Source of the DNA: Victivallales bacterium
GTDB taxonomy: Bacteria > Verrucomicrobiota > Lentisphaeria > Victivallales > UBA1829
Length of the DNA: 64,000 nt
Direction: 5' to 3'
NCBI GenBank assembly: GCA_045639325.1
Contig: JAZUCU010000024.1
Coordinates: 4,737-68,736 of the forward strand
A program made the translations under genes and the position numbers. Positions 1-10,244 of this stretch are shown here, piece after piece; position 1 is the stretch's first letter, and every line of letters starts with the position of its first letter. The notes below the pieces were generated by a model. The model did no database searches. It saw only the letters and a program-made list of their open reading frames with translations, and was not told the origin of the DNA.

Positions 1-2330
1 TGATTTTCCAGTTTCTTGACCAATTCTTTCAACTGACGCAGGTCAAGTTTACCACTGCCGAGCATGGGCAGAGAATCTACCTTGAAGAAGTCATCCGCCT
101 TGGGGATCCAGATATTGGGCAGACCTTTGTTTTTGAGTTCTGCAATGACGCCGGGGATATCCAGGTTTTCTGCAGAATAGAACACGGTAAGACGTTCACC
201 TTTCTGACGGTCGGTTCTGCCTGTGACGGCAATTTCCCGTTTGTCAGCAGGCGGCAGAATATTTGTGATGGCATCTTCCACACCTTCATGGGGAACCATT
301 TCACCGCCGATTTTGCTGAAGCGGCTGGCACGACCTGTAATGTAGATGTAACCGTCAATATCCATTTTTGCAATGTCGCCGGTATCATAATAATTGTTGA
401 GGATGGCGGCGGCGGTCAATTCGGGTTCATTGAGATAACCTTTCATGACAGAACCGGCCCGGACCTGCATTTTACCTTCCTGACCGGGTTCGACTTCCAC
501 ACCGGTTTCGGGGTTGACGATACGGACATGGATACCGGGCAATGCGCATCCGATACTGCCGGGATGATCCGCTTTTGTACCCAATGTATAAATGGAGTTG
601 TTCAGGTTAACTGCAACAATCGGAGACAATTCGGTACAGCCGAAGCCTTCGATAATATCTTTACCGGTAAGTTTACGGTAACGTTCTGCCAATTCGGTAC
701 GGAGTTTTTCCGCACCGGTGATGCAGAGACGCAGAGACTTGAAGTCTTCTGATTTTGCTTTCTTCATGTACATCTGAAGGAAGGTAGGTGTGGAAGCAAG
801 AATTGTGATTTTGTAATCACGGATGGAGTTCACAATCACTTCTGCATCCAGCGGATTGGCAGAGTAGGCAACCGGCATACCATTGGAAGCAGGGAGCGCA
901 AAGCAGACGGTGAACCCGAATGAATGGAACATGGGCAGGTTCCCTGCTACACGATCGCTGGATGTCCAGTCGACCACGCGGAGGAATGCCAGAATATTAC
1001 AGTTGATATTCCGCTGTGTCAACATGACAGCTTTGGGTTTTCCTGTGGAGCCGGAGGAGAATACCAATACTGCCTGATGGTGCATGTTGAAGCATGTAAG
1101 CGGTGCAATTGTGCGGACAAGGGAGCGTGTGGGGAGAATGATGTTGAGGAAAATGGCTTTAAGTTTATCCATTTTTGTAATGGTGGGAACCAGGTCTTCC
1201 AAACAAATCATTTCCGGAATTGTAAATTTGATAGAGGGATCGTTTTTCAGAGTTTCCAATCCCTGATCCCATTTCAATTTCTGGAGGAATTTACGGCTTG
1301 TCAGAACGGTTTTGACCCCAGCACGTGCAGCAGATTCCAACGCAACAACAATCCCTGCGCTGAAGTTGATCACAGCCGGTGTGCGGTCCGCGCTCATTAC
1401 AGCCAGCATAACGCCGGCTGTGACAGGCATATTGGGGAGAAGAACCCCGGTATAACCATCGGTTCCTTTATCAATGGCACGGATTTTTTTGCTGAGGATA
1501 TGTACGAGAGTCAACATTTTGAAGTTGTTGATTCCGGTATGCGTTGCCGCGTCATAGAATGAGGTTGCAAAAGGCTTGAGTTTTGCGCGATAAATAAATG
1601 AGGTATGGAGCGGACGTTCGCCGGGCTGGGGAAGACGTTCTGCAATGGCCCCCAGTTCGGAAATGGTCTGACGCCACTGGAAAGCAGTCAGGTTATCATT
1701 TACCGGTTCCCCAATGGCGATGGAGAAGTCAATCGGCCAGTTATTGAGGGGGCGGAGGCGGAGACGGTTGTTATAAATACCGGTCAGACGGCCATGGAGC
1801 ATACCGAGGCGGACGGGGATGAGTGTAACCTGAACGTCATCGGGGAGGAAGGGCTCCACACCGGACCGGAACCGCATAAGGTTACCGCTGCCGGAAACGC
1901 TTCCTTCGGGGAAGAAACAGATGGTTTCGCCGTCACGGAGTCTGTTCTTGACTTTTTCAAAGAACTCTTTCATCTTCTTTGGGTGTCTGGCATCGGGCAC
2001 GCAGAGGACGCCGAGGTAACGGAAGATGAAGCGTGTGGGGATGAAGTTGATGATGTCTGCGCGGACCATGAAGCGGACTTTCTGGCGGACGACCGCCTGA
2101 ATGACCAGCAGGTCAAGCAGAGAAACGTGGTTAGACACAAGCATGACAGGGCCGGAGCAGGGGAGATTTTCCTTCCCGATAATCCTTACGCGCAAGAGAA
2201 CAAGTCTGATGACCCAGGCTGAAATTTTCAGCATATTTTTGGGGGTACACAAGAGATAGAGCACAATGACTCCTGCGAGGATTTCGAGGCCTGTCACAAT
2301 TTGTGACTGATACTGGGAAATAAATTCCAT
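1..2330 (-). CDS. aas: Bifunctional lysophospholipid acyltransferase / acyl-ACP synthetase (Aas-like); 3' end runs off the window
   Basis: Not in the ORF track because no stop lies in the window. Manual translation of both ends: start ATG 2330 with SD AAGGAG, MEFISQYQ..., TM helix, acyltransferase motif NHVSLLD; C-terminal adenylation motif GSGKLDLRQL near base 1 is in the same frame. Interior not fully translated. Confidence 0.88.
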   Translation of the reverse strand, partial: MEFISQYQSQIVTGLEILAGVIVLYLLCTPKNMLKISAWVIRLVLLRVRIIGKENLPCSGPVMLVSNHVSLLDLLVIQAVVRQKVRFMVRADIINFIPTRFIFRYLGVLCVPDARHPKKMKEFFEKVKNRLRDGETICFFPEGSVSGSGNLMRFRSGVEPFLPDDVQVTLIPVRLGMLHGRLTGIYNNRLRLRPLNNWPIDFSIAIGEPVNDNLTAFQWRQTISELGAIAERLPQPGERPLHTSFIYRAKLKPFATSFYDAATHTGINNFKMLTLVHILSKKIRAIDKGTDGYTGVLLPNMPVTAGVMLAVMSADRTPAVINFSAGIVVALESAARAGVKTVLTSRKFLQKLKWDQGLETLKNDPSIKFTIPEMICLEDLVPTITKMDKLKAIFLNIILPTRSLVRTIAPLTCFNMHHQAVLVFSSGSTGKPKAVMLTQRNINCNILAFLRVVDWTSSDRVAGNLPMFHSFGFTVCFALPASNGMPVAYSANPLDAEVIVNSIRDYKITILASTPTFLQMYMKKAKSEDFKSLRLCITGAEKLRTELAERYRKLTGKDIIEGFGCTELSPIVAVNLNNSIYTLGTKADHPGSIGCALPGIHVRIVNPETGVEVEPGQEGKMQVRAGSVMKGYLNEPELTAAAILNNYYDTGDIAKMDIDGYIYITGRASRFSKIGGEMVPHEGVEDAITNILPPADKREIAVTGRTDRQKGERLTVFYSAENLDIPGVIAELKNKGLPNIWIPKADDFFKVDSLPMLGSGKLDLRQLKELVKKLEN

Positions 2331-2377
2331 GTTTTAGTCTCCTTAAAAAAACGTTAAAAATATCGCAAAAATAAAGT

Positions 2378-2725
2378 GGACTGCAGCTGTAAGCCGGATT
2401 CTGTGCCTCCGTGAGGAGGTGACGATCATCTGTCTAATGCGGCCAAAACCCGGGATTCGAGCGTCACGGGCAGCGACATCATCCCCTATTTGGCCTTGCT
2501 CCGGAAGGGGCTTGCCAGGCGGCTGAAATTACTTTCAACCCCGGTGGTCTCTTACACCGCCGTTTCACCCTTACCGGATTGCTCCGGCGGTATGCTTTCT
2601 GTTGCGCTTTCCTTCCCTGCACTTTTCGTGCAGGTATCCTCCGTGAGGAGGACTTCCTGCCCTATGGAGTCCGGACTTTCCTCCCCGGAATCGTGAGATT
2701 CCAAGGCGACCGTCCGCTGCAGTCC
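2378..2725 (-). ncRNA. rnpB: RNase P RNA (bacterial type A)
   Basis: Minus strand has GAGGAAAGTCCGG near the 5' end and ACAGAATCCGGCTTA near the 3' end; perfect 10-bp P1 helix GGACTGCAGC/GCTGCAGTCC closes the molecule. Confidence 0.96.
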
Positions 2726-2854
2726 GGCATATAATATACATTCTTCTGAAAAAATTTCCAGATAAGAATGAAAAAAATTTGCAAGATTCTTTGTTGTGTG
2801 CTATATTACAGGGAAATTTTTCAAGCAAAACCATAAAATATAAAGGATGCTGTC

Positions 2855-3892
2855 ATGAGCAAAGAACAAATCAGCTACAAGGATGCCGGTGTTGATATTG
2901 ACCTGGCGACCGAACTTCTTTCACGTGTTAAACCCGCACTTGCCGGTGCAAGACGCCCGGAAATGCTTGCTCCCATCGGTGGATTCGGTGGTCTTTTCCA
3001 GATGGATCTTTCCAAATATAAAGAGCCCGTGCTGGTTTCCAGTATCGACGGCGTCGGTACAAAACTGATGATCGCTGCGCTCATGCAGAAATATGATACT
3101 GTCGGTCATGACATTGTCAACCACTGTATTAACGACATTGCCGTTCAGGGTGCAGAGCCGATTTACTTCCTGGACTACCTTGGTATCGGTAAACTCCGTT
3201 CTCCGCTGTATGAACAGATTCTGATCGGTATCGCAGAAGCATGTAAAAATGCAGATTGCGCACTCCTCGGTGGTGAAACTGCTGAAATGCCCGGCATGTA
3301 CGGCAACGATTTCGACCTGGTCGGGGTCATTACCGGTGTTGTCGAAAAATCCAAACTGATCACCGGCGAAAAGATCCGCCCGGGTCATGTTGCAATCGGT
3401 CTTGCTTCCAACGGTCTGCACACCAACGGATTCAGCCTTGCCCGCCGTATTCTTCTCGACCGTTATACCGTCGACAGCACACCGGCTGAACTCGGTGGTA
3501 TGTCTGTTGGCGAAGCATTGCTCAAGCCCCACGTCTGCTACAGAAAGGCCATTGCAAAAGCGATGGCTGAAGGTCTGAGCCTGGATGGTATCGCACACAT
3601 CACTGGCGGCGGTCTCTTCGATAACGTTCCGCGTATTCTGCCGAATGATGTCAACGCTGTCTTCCGCAAAGATGATATTCCGGATGTCCCGCCGATCTTC
3701 AAGCTGTTGGTCGAAGAAGGCAATCTGCCGGTCTCTGAAGCATACCGTGTATTCAACATGGGTGTCGGTATGGTCTGGTTTGTTCCGGAAGCAGAAGTGA
3801 CACAGGCTCTCAATATCTGTAAGGAAACCGGATTCAACGCATTCGTCTTCGGTGAAATCACCGCCGGTGAACGCAAAAGTCTGGTTATCTGA
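2855..3892 (+). CDS. purM: Phosphoribosylformylglycinamidine cyclo-ligase (AIR synthetase)
   Basis: SYKDAGVDI, GGFGGLF, DGVGTK, GGETAEMP, SNGLHTNG, HITGGG, FNMGVG motifs. Confidence 0.97.
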   Translation: MSKEQISYKDAGVDIDLATELLSRVKPALAGARRPEMLAPIGGFGGLFQMDLSKYKEPVLVSSIDGVGTKLMIAALMQKYDTVGHDIVNHCINDIAVQGAEPIYFLDYLGIGKLRSPLYEQILIGIAEACKNADCALLGGETAEMPGMYGNDFDLVGVITGVVEKSKLITGEKIRPGHVAIGLASNGLHTNGFSLARRILLDRYTVDSTPAELGGMSVGEALLKPHVCYRKAIAKAMAEGLSLDGIAHITGGGLFDNVPRILPNDVNAVFRKDDIPDVPPIFKLLVEEGNLPVSEAYRVFNMGVGMVWFVPEAEVTQALNICKETGFNAFVFGEITAGERKSLVI

Positions 3893-3910
3893 TGACATCT
3901 TACAGGAAAG

Positions 3911-5218
3911 TTGAGTAAGGTCAATATGAACATTTATCAGGAATTGAAAGCGCGCGGTTTTATCTACCAGGAAACGGACAGCGCCGCCATTGAAAAGAAA
4001 CTTACAACAGAAAAAGTTGTTTTCTATTGTGGTTTCGACCCGACTGGCAACAGTCTGCATGTCGGCCATCTTCTGCCTGTCATGGCGATGCGTCTCCTGC
4101 AGAAAGCCGGTCATGTTCCGGTTGCCCTCGTTGGTGGTGCAACCGGTCAGATTGGTGACCCCTCCGGTCGCAGTACTGCGCGTAATATGTTGACGAAAGA
4201 ACTGGTCGCAGAGAATGTGAAATGTTTGCAGTCTCAGTTGGCACGTTTTATCAAAGTGGAAAACGGTGCTGCTCATTTTGCCAATAACAACGATTGGTTC
4301 GGCAATTTGATGCTTCTGGATTTTCTCCGTGATATCGGCAGTAAATTCAGTGTGAACCGTATGCTGGCACAGAAATCCGTGGAAAACCGCCTTGAAAACG
4401 GTTTGTCCTTCCTGGAATTCTCCTATTCTCTGTTGCAGGGATATGACTTCTATCATTTGAATAAAACATTGAATTGTACGCTGGAAATCGGCGGTCAGGA
4501 TCAGTGGGGCAACATGGTCGCCGGTACGGAACTCGTCCGCCGCATGTACGAAGAAGAACGCGAAGTACATTGCCTGACGATTCCGCTGCTGATGAATCCT
4601 GCCACCGGTCAGAAGTTCGGTAAATCCATCGGCGGTACCAGTGTGTGGCTGGATGTGGAACGGACAAGTGTCTTTGACTACTATCAGTTCTGGCGTAACT
4701 GCGATGACAACATGATCGAAGATCTGTTGAAGAAATTTGCCATGGAATTGCCTGTTGAAGAAGCGATTGCTCTCGTTAACAGCGGCAATATCAACCGTGC
4801 CAAAGAAATTCTCGCATACGAAGCCACCAAACTTGCCCATGGCGAAAAAGCTGCGGCAGATGCTTATCTTGCTGCCGGCTGCAAGTTCGGTTTTGCCGAC
4901 CCGGAAAAGAAGATCCCCACAACTTCCACCATTTATCAGCTTGATGAAGCTGCGGCGAAAGAAGACAGCATTCCGTCTGTCACCATCCCTGCCGCTGAAT
5001 TCGAAGGCGAAGGATTGTGGATTGCCAAGATCATGATCGATGCCGGTATCTGCAAATCTTCTTCCGATGCACGCCGTCTGATTCAGGGCGGTGCGGTTTC
5101 TATTGATGATAACAAAGTTTCCGATATTTCTCTCAAGGTTACTCTTGCCGATATCAAGAATGGTTCCTTTACGATCCGTTCCGGCAAAAAGAATTTCCGC
5201 AAGGTGATTGTTGGATAA
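3911..5218 (+). CDS. tyrS: Tyrosine--tRNA ligase (alternative start 3926)
   Basis: YCGFDPTGNSLHVGH (HIGH), GGQDQWGN, KFGKS (KMSKS), C-terminal S4-like domain. Confidence 0.97.
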   Translation: MSKVNMNIYQELKARGFIYQETDSAAIEKKLTTEKVVFYCGFDPTGNSLHVGHLLPVMAMRLLQKAGHVPVALVGGATGQIGDPSGRSTARNMLTKELVAENVKCLQSQLARFIKVENGAAHFANNNDWFGNLMLLDFLRDIGSKFSVNRMLAQKSVENRLENGLSFLEFSYSLLQGYDFYHLNKTLNCTLEIGGQDQWGNMVAGTELVRRMYEEEREVHCLTIPLLMNPATGQKFGKSIGGTSVWLDVERTSVFDYYQFWRNCDDNMIEDLLKKFAMELPVEEAIALVNSGNINRAKEILAYEATKLAHGEKAAADAYLAAGCKFGFADPEKKIPTTSTIYQLDEAAAKEDSIPSVTIPAAEFEGEGLWIAKIMIDAGICKSSSDARRLIQGGAVSIDDNKVSDISLKVTLADIKNGSFTIRSGKKNFRKVIVG

Positions 5219-5236
5219 CGAGTATTATCTGATATA

Positions 5237-5287
5237 AAAAATCAGCCGGATGACCTGTTACTAAGAGCATCCGGCTGTTTCATTTTC
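5237..5287. terminator. Probable bidirectional intrinsic terminator
   Basis: CAGCCGGATG...CATCCGGCTG stem flanked by A and T runs between convergent genes. Confidence 0.7.
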
Positions 5288-5299
5288 TGAATATTTGTT

Positions 5300-7123
5300 T
5301 TAATTTTTTACGGGGAAATAAATCTGCATGTCAGAAATTCCCCGGTTCTGCCAGAGGGCAAAGGGAATGGCACAAAGCGCAATCGGGTGATATGTCGGCG
5401 GTTCTGTGCTGTACAAATCTGTACGGGAATCTGCTTCTTCTGCGGTAAAATAAAGCGCAACCGTGGAGTCCGGCAAACCTTTTACATCACCGGTCCGGAA
5501 TTCGGTATCGGGGAGCAAACGCACCGCCGGGAGATTGACATAAGGATTATCCACGCTTTCCAGACAATATACCACAGGACCACGCTGAATGGCGGCTTTC
5601 CCGGTATCAGCATTGATCAGTGGATTTGCATAAATCAGATGAACCGTCAATTCCAGATCAAGAGTAATCTGTTCGCCCGCTTTCCAATCTTTCTGCAGCT
5701 TCCAGTAACCTTTTTCGGTGGTGACTGCCATTTTTTCGCCATTGACTTTCAATGTATAATTTTTGCACCATGCGGGAATGCGTATGGCAAGAGTGAATGA
5801 GCCGCCGCGGATGATGTCGAACGTCATATTTCCGTCGTAGGGATAGCCGCCGGAGACTTTTACTTCATAATTCTGATTGGTGATGGTTGCGGCGGCAGGG
5901 ATATCGATCCGGAGCATATCATCATTCGCAGAGTAGCAGAATAAGCCCAGCTGTGGGATGAACCGGGCGTAGTTTGTGGGACAGCAGGAGCATCCGATCC
6001 ATTTTGTGCGGTGGACGTTGCGTTCTTTGCGGACTTCCAGATAATTGTTATAGATAAAGTCATCGCCATTGATACTGATACCGCTGATACCGTTGTTGTA
6101 GAGGACCCGTTCGAGAACTTCCGCATATTTGCTGTCGTTGGTATGATCCAGCAGGCGTTTGGAGAGCATGGCGAGTGCGATTGCGGCACAGCTTTCTGTA
6201 TAGGCGGAATCGTTGGGCAAGTCGTAATCGTAAGTGAAACGTTCGCCGAACGGAGAGGTTCCCACGCCGCCGGTGATGTACATGCGTTTCTGTGTGGCGT
6301 TATCATAAATCTTCATTGCGGCATTGAGCAATTCCGGATCGTTGGTTTCGATTGCCACATCGACCATTCCGCAATAGAGATACAGCGCGCGGACAGCATG
6401 ACCTTCTGCTGTTTCCTGTTCACGGACGGGAAGATGTGCCTGAACGCCGCGCAAATGTTCAACGCTGATACCTTCGACTTTTGCAAAATAATTGGGTTCC
6501 GTGCCGCGTTCATCAATAAAGAATTTAGTCAGATCAAGATATTTCTTTTCGCCGGTTGTACGGTACAGTTTCACAAGTGCCAATTCCAACTCTTCGTGCC
6601 CGGGATAACCTGGAATCTGCCCTTCCTTTTTACCGAATACCTCGTTGATGTGGTCTGCATAACGACACATGCAATCGAGAAATTTCCGGTCTCCGGTCAA
6701 ATCATAATGCGCCACAGCGGCTTCGATAAGGTGTCCGGCGCAATATAAAACATGATTGCCTCCCAGAACTTTCCAGCGCTTATCGTGTTCGAATTGGGAG
6801 TAATAGGAATTCAGAAAGCCGTTATCCTGTTGAGAACTGATAATCAAATCCACAATTTCATCCAGACGTTTTTCCAATGCTGCATCCGGGTTGTTCATGA
6901 GATGCTGCGCCAGACCTTCCATTACTTTTGCCACATCGGAATCCCAATAAATATGGGGCTTGTTTGGATCGCCTTCTTTCCAATTGAGTTTGAATGCATC
7001 AATGCGCCCTGTGATTTCGCACTGATGAATACAGGCGGGGAGGGTGGAGGTGTGAGCGACAGCCTGACGCGGCGCAAATACCGGGTCGGCAAGTTTGATG
7101 GTTCTCAAATTTTTTGTCAACAT
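5300..7123 (-). CDS. GH127 beta-L-arabinofuranosidase-like glycoside hydrolase
   Basis: WDSDVAK, LYCAGHLIEAAVA, GHEELELAL, GHAVRALY, YTESCAA and CSCCPTN motifs; start placed at MLTKN after AAAGGA SD. Confidence 0.9.
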   Translation of the reverse strand: MLTKNLRTIKLADPVFAPRQAVAHTSTLPACIHQCEITGRIDAFKLNWKEGDPNKPHIYWDSDVAKVMEGLAQHLMNNPDAALEKRLDEIVDLIISSQQDNGFLNSYYSQFEHDKRWKVLGGNHVLYCAGHLIEAAVAHYDLTGDRKFLDCMCRYADHINEVFGKKEGQIPGYPGHEELELALVKLYRTTGEKKYLDLTKFFIDERGTEPNYFAKVEGISVEHLRGVQAHLPVREQETAEGHAVRALYLYCGMVDVAIETNDPELLNAAMKIYDNATQKRMYITGGVGTSPFGERFTYDYDLPNDSAYTESCAAIALAMLSKRLLDHTNDSKYAEVLERVLYNNGISGISINGDDFIYNNYLEVRKERNVHRTKWIGCSCCPTNYARFIPQLGLFCYSANDDMLRIDIPAAATITNQNYEVKVSGGYPYDGNMTFDIIRGGSFTLAIRIPAWCKNYTLKVNGEKMAVTTEKGYWKLQKDWKAGEQITLDLELTVHLIYANPLINADTGKAAIQRGPVVYCLESVDNPYVNLPAVRLLPDTEFRTGDVKGLPDSTVALYFTAEEADSRTDLYSTEPPTYHPIALCAIPFALWQNRGISDMQIYFPVKN

Positions 7124-7292
7124 GGAAAAGGTCCTTTCGGTTGTTGATTCATTTTCTGATATTATACACTGAAACCGGTAGAAAGGCAAGATGAGGAAAT
7201 CATAGAAAACAGAGACAATTCCGACTTTTTAATTTGATTTTTATTTTTGACAGGCTATATTTTCTCTATTGCCGGAAAGGATGAAGCATTTT

Positions 7293-8087
7293 ATGGAATA
7301 TCGTTATAACGTACAGAATGGCGGGCGGTTTATCTCCAGAGGGAAGGGGGCACATGTCTCCCGTGTGATACGCTCCTGGGAATTGATTTTTGTGCTGAAG
7401 AGCGAACTTTATATGTATGTCGGCAAGGATGATTATACCGTCTCCGCCGGCAGTTGTCTGCTGCTGCCGCCCGGAGTACAGCATGGGGGAACCCGGGATT
7501 ATCCTGCGGCATTATCTTTTTTCTGGATTCATTTTGAAGCTGCTGATCCAAAAACGGCGGAATATCTGGAGTCGTTACCACGATGTTTTTCCGTGAAAAA
7601 TCCGGTGCGGTTGAGTGAATATTTCCAATCCTTTCTCTCTTTGCAGAATGATGTGCCGGACGATGCGACAGGTTTGAATCTGCTTTTTTCTCTGATTCTG
7701 CACGAAACATATCGGAATGATCAGAAGCAGTGGGACGATGCGGCAGTGCCGGATATTCTTCTGCGATTGCGTAAAATGCTTTCTTTGCGTTTTGCGGAAG
7801 ATGTCTCTACATCTGTTTTTGCGCAGGAACTCCATTGCAATGCGGATTATCTGGGGCGGATTTATCACCGTTATTACGGGGAATCGGTAACGGAGACCTT
7901 GAACCGGATACGCCTGAATCATGCGGCACATCTGTTGTTGAATACGAGTTTGAATGTGAAAGAGATTGCTTTTCAGTGCGGCTTTAATGATCTTGCCTAT
8001 TTCCGTCGCCGATTCCTTCGGGAATATGCTATGACGCCGGGCGATTACCGGATACAGAAAACATCAGGACATATCAACACGCAATAA
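7293..8087 (+). CDS. AraC family transcriptional regulator (divergent from GH127)
   Basis: N-terminal cupin; C-terminal IAFQCGFNDLAYFRRRF...GDYR; start uncertain (7269/7281/7293). Confidence 0.9.
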   Translation: MEYRYNVQNGGRFISRGKGAHVSRVIRSWELIFVLKSELYMYVGKDDYTVSAGSCLLLPPGVQHGGTRDYPAALSFFWIHFEAADPKTAEYLESLPRCFSVKNPVRLSEYFQSFLSLQNDVPDDATGLNLLFSLILHETYRNDQKQWDDAAVPDILLRLRKMLSLRFAEDVSTSVFAQELHCNADYLGRIYHRYYGESVTETLNRIRLNHAAHLLLNTSLNVKEIAFQCGFNDLAYFRRRFLREYAMTPGDYRIQKTSGHINTQ

Positions 8088-8119
8088 AAAAACGGCAGCA
8101 TGTTAGTTGCTGCCGTTTC
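8088..8119. terminator. Probable bidirectional intrinsic terminator
   Basis: AAACGGCAGCA-loop-TGCTGCCGTTT between convergent AraC and rubredoxin genes. Confidence 0.7.
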
Positions 8120-8147
8120 TCTGCAAGATGTTTTTTTCTATCAAGAC

Positions 8148-8309
8148 TTATGCTTGTTTGGAAAATTCATCTTTGCCGACGCCGCACATGGGGCATGTCC
8201 ATGTATCGGGCAGGTCTTCAAATGCTGTGCCGGGGGCGATTCCGTTATCGGGATCGCCAACTTCGGGGTCATATTCGTACCCGCAGACGTTGCAAATGTA
8301 CTTGTCCAT
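8148..8309 (-). CDS. Rubredoxin (53 aa)
   Basis: Manual translation [53 protein letters not shown]; two CxxC motifs; SD AAGGAG; below the ORF-track cutoff. Confidence 0.97.
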   Translation of the reverse strand: MDKYICNVCGYEYDPEVGDPDNGIAPGTAFEDLPDTWTCPMCGVGKDEFSKQA

Positions 8310-8333
8310 AATGTTTACTCCTTGTTGTTGTTA

Positions 8334-9533
8334 TTATTTCTGCACTTTTTCGAGGAGTTTTTCCCCGATCAGTTTGCCTAATTCATAAGCCTGTGCCAGT
8401 TCCGCTTCCGCCGGAACATACTTGAGTTTCAAGCCATCGGATACCAGTTCCACGTTCATCGCTTTGAGATAATCGTTGATCTGTGCGACTGCTTCCCCGC
8501 TCCATCCGAATGACCCGAAAGCAGCACCGATCAGATTCTTCGGGCGCAATCCTTTGAGATAAGTCAGAACGTCAGCCGTACGCGGGAACAGACCGTTGTT
8601 GATCGTGGGTGAACCGACAACCAATGCACCGACATCCAGCATTTCTGCGGCGATATCGCTGCGGCTGTGACCATCGAGAGCCATGACTTTGACTTTTGCA
8701 CCGGTGGAACGGATGCCATCGGCAATTTCAAACGCCATTTTTTCAGTGCTGTGCCACATGGTATCATAAACGACCAATGCCTGATCGACAGGTTCCTGTT
8801 TCGCCCATTTTCCGTAAAGTTCCAACGGCTTGGTAAGCAAATCGCCGCGCCAGAGCGGGCCGTGATCGGGAGCGATCATAGCGATATCCAGATTGAGCGT
8901 GGGGAAGACTTCCAGCAATTTCAACGCCTGAGGTGCATAGGGAAGCAGAATGTTTGCGTAATAACGCTTCATTTCAGTTTCGATGACATCCCATTCGTTT
9001 TCATCCACAAACAGCTGATTTGTTGCCAGGTGCATACCAAATCCGTCCTGAGAGAACAGCAGCTTATCTTCCACCAGATGGGTGAACATACTGTCCGGCC
9101 AGTGAAGCATTTTTGTTTCCACGAAAGAAAGATTCAGATTGCCGAGGCTGATGGAATCTCCGGTTTTGACCGGAGTCAATTTATCGCCGATGCGGAAATG
9201 ATCGTGAAGAGCTTTCACGCCGGCAACGGATGCAAAAACTTTTTCCGGGTTGAGTTCGCGGATGACTTCCGGCAAAGCACCGGAGTGGTCCATTTCCGCA
9301 TGATTGGATACAATATAATCAATCTTTGCAGGGTCGACAACGGAAGCAATGCGTGCGTACATTTCGTTCTTGAACGGAGCTTTGACTGTATCGATCAAAG
9401 TAATTTTGTCCGCCATAATCAGGAACGCATTGTAGGTTGTCCCGCGATGAGTTGTGTAGCCATGAAACTCCTTCAGTGCCCAATCAATGGCACCGACCCA
9501 CCAGACATGTTCTGTGATTTTTACCGCTTTCAT
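8334..9533 (-). CDS. fprA: Flavodiiron protein (A-type flavoprotein, O2/NO reductase)
   Basis: GTTYNAFL, NHAEMDHSG, LHWPDSM, APDHG diiron ligands plus C-terminal flavodoxin domain (GSFGWSG). Confidence 0.95.
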   Translation of the reverse strand: MKAVKITEHVWWVGAIDWALKEFHGYTTHRGTTYNAFLIMADKITLIDTVKAPFKNEMYARIASVVDPAKIDYIVSNHAEMDHSGALPEVIRELNPEKVFASVAGVKALHDHFRIGDKLTPVKTGDSISLGNLNLSFVETKMLHWPDSMFTHLVEDKLLFSQDGFGMHLATNQLFVDENEWDVIETEMKRYYANILLPYAPQALKLLEVFPTLNLDIAMIAPDHGPLWRGDLLTKPLELYGKWAKQEPVDQALVVYDTMWHSTEKMAFEIADGIRSTGAKVKVMALDGHSRSDIAAEMLDVGALVVGSPTINNGLFPRTADVLTYLKGLRPKNLIGAAFGSFGWSGEAVAQINDYLKAMNVELVSDGLKLKYVPAEAELAQAYELGKLIGEKLLEKVQK

Positions 9534-9555
9534 TCGGCATAAACCTTTCGAGCTT

Positions 9556-9951
9556 TTATTGCACAGTGTACGTCCATAATCCGTGCAAGTTGCAGTACTC
9601 CCGGAGGACGGTTCCGGGTTTCAACTCCATGGGGAAGAACACTTCGGGTTCCTGCCCGGGAGTTATAAATTTACGCATGATCAAATCATCCTGCTGCATT
9701 TCGATCCATACAATGTGATGTACCATTGTTGACGGATGCAATACAGAACCGACTTTTACCCGTGTGCCATGTCCTTCGCACAAAGCAACCGGAACATGTT
9801 TTTCTTTTGCACCGTCTGTGGTGTTCCCGGTCAAACGCTGAAGCGGCTTGCCGCAGCAGACCATGGTACATGGCGGATCGCAATGGCACGGGACCATGAC
9901 TTCCGCGACCATTCCACATTCGTTGCATTTCAGAAATTCTGTCTTCATCAT
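9556..9951 (-). CDS. dfx: Desulfoferrodoxin (superoxide reductase)
   Basis: CNECG...CCG desulforedoxin centre; EKHVP, HP, HHI, YCNLHG SOR centre. Confidence 0.93.
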   Translation of the reverse strand: MMKTEFLKCNECGMVAEVMVPCHCDPPCTMVCCGKPLQRLTGNTTDGAKEKHVPVALCEGHGTRVKVGSVLHPSTMVHHIVWIEMQQDDLIMRKFITPGQEPEVFFPMELKPGTVLREYCNLHGLWTYTVQ

Positions 9952-10078
9952 ACATTTTCCTCCTTCTTTTTTTTGAGATCACACACCATATATGAACTCA
10001 TTCCCCGAGTGTGTAATTAACACTGCTTTTCGAAAAAATCAAGTCAAAAAAATGAAAAAATGGATTTTTTTGTAAAGA

Positions 10079-10244
10079 GAGGCAATTTCAAAAGTCTTCA
10101 AAAATGTCTGAAAACTCTTGTTGCGATCTGAAAACGGGGCGTTTTTGGTGGTTACCCACAGGGTAGCCACGCACAAAACTACCATTTTCATCTCATCAAC
10201 AATCTTTTTTCAGTCAAATTTTGCCGGACTTTTGAAATTACCTC
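10079..10244. mobile_element. Non-autonomous miniature inverted-repeat transposable element (MITE), 166 bp
   Basis: 18-bp terminal inverted repeats GAGGCAATTTCAAAAGTC (10079-10096) / GACTTTTGAAATTACCTC (10227-10244), 1 mismatch; AAGA duplicated immediately on both sides; no transposase inside. Confidence 0.8.

Noticed and set aside
288-2222. Plus-strand ORFs of 154-212 aa
   Set aside because: Antisense shadows of the minus-strand aas gene, which the track missed because it has no stop in the window
2490-2834. ORFs 2490..2696 and 2571..2834
   Set aside because: Overlap the RNase P RNA gene
2921-4840. 639-aa antisense ORF (likewise 12278..13513, 18620..19501, 47311..48831, 49591..50841, 51032..52714)
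   Set aside because: Mirror frames of motif-supported genes; no motifs; explained by codon bias
9975-10015. GGGAATGAGTTC in the dfx leader resembling a fluoride riboswitch start
   Set aside because: Complementary arm and downstream conserved elements absent; gene context does not fit
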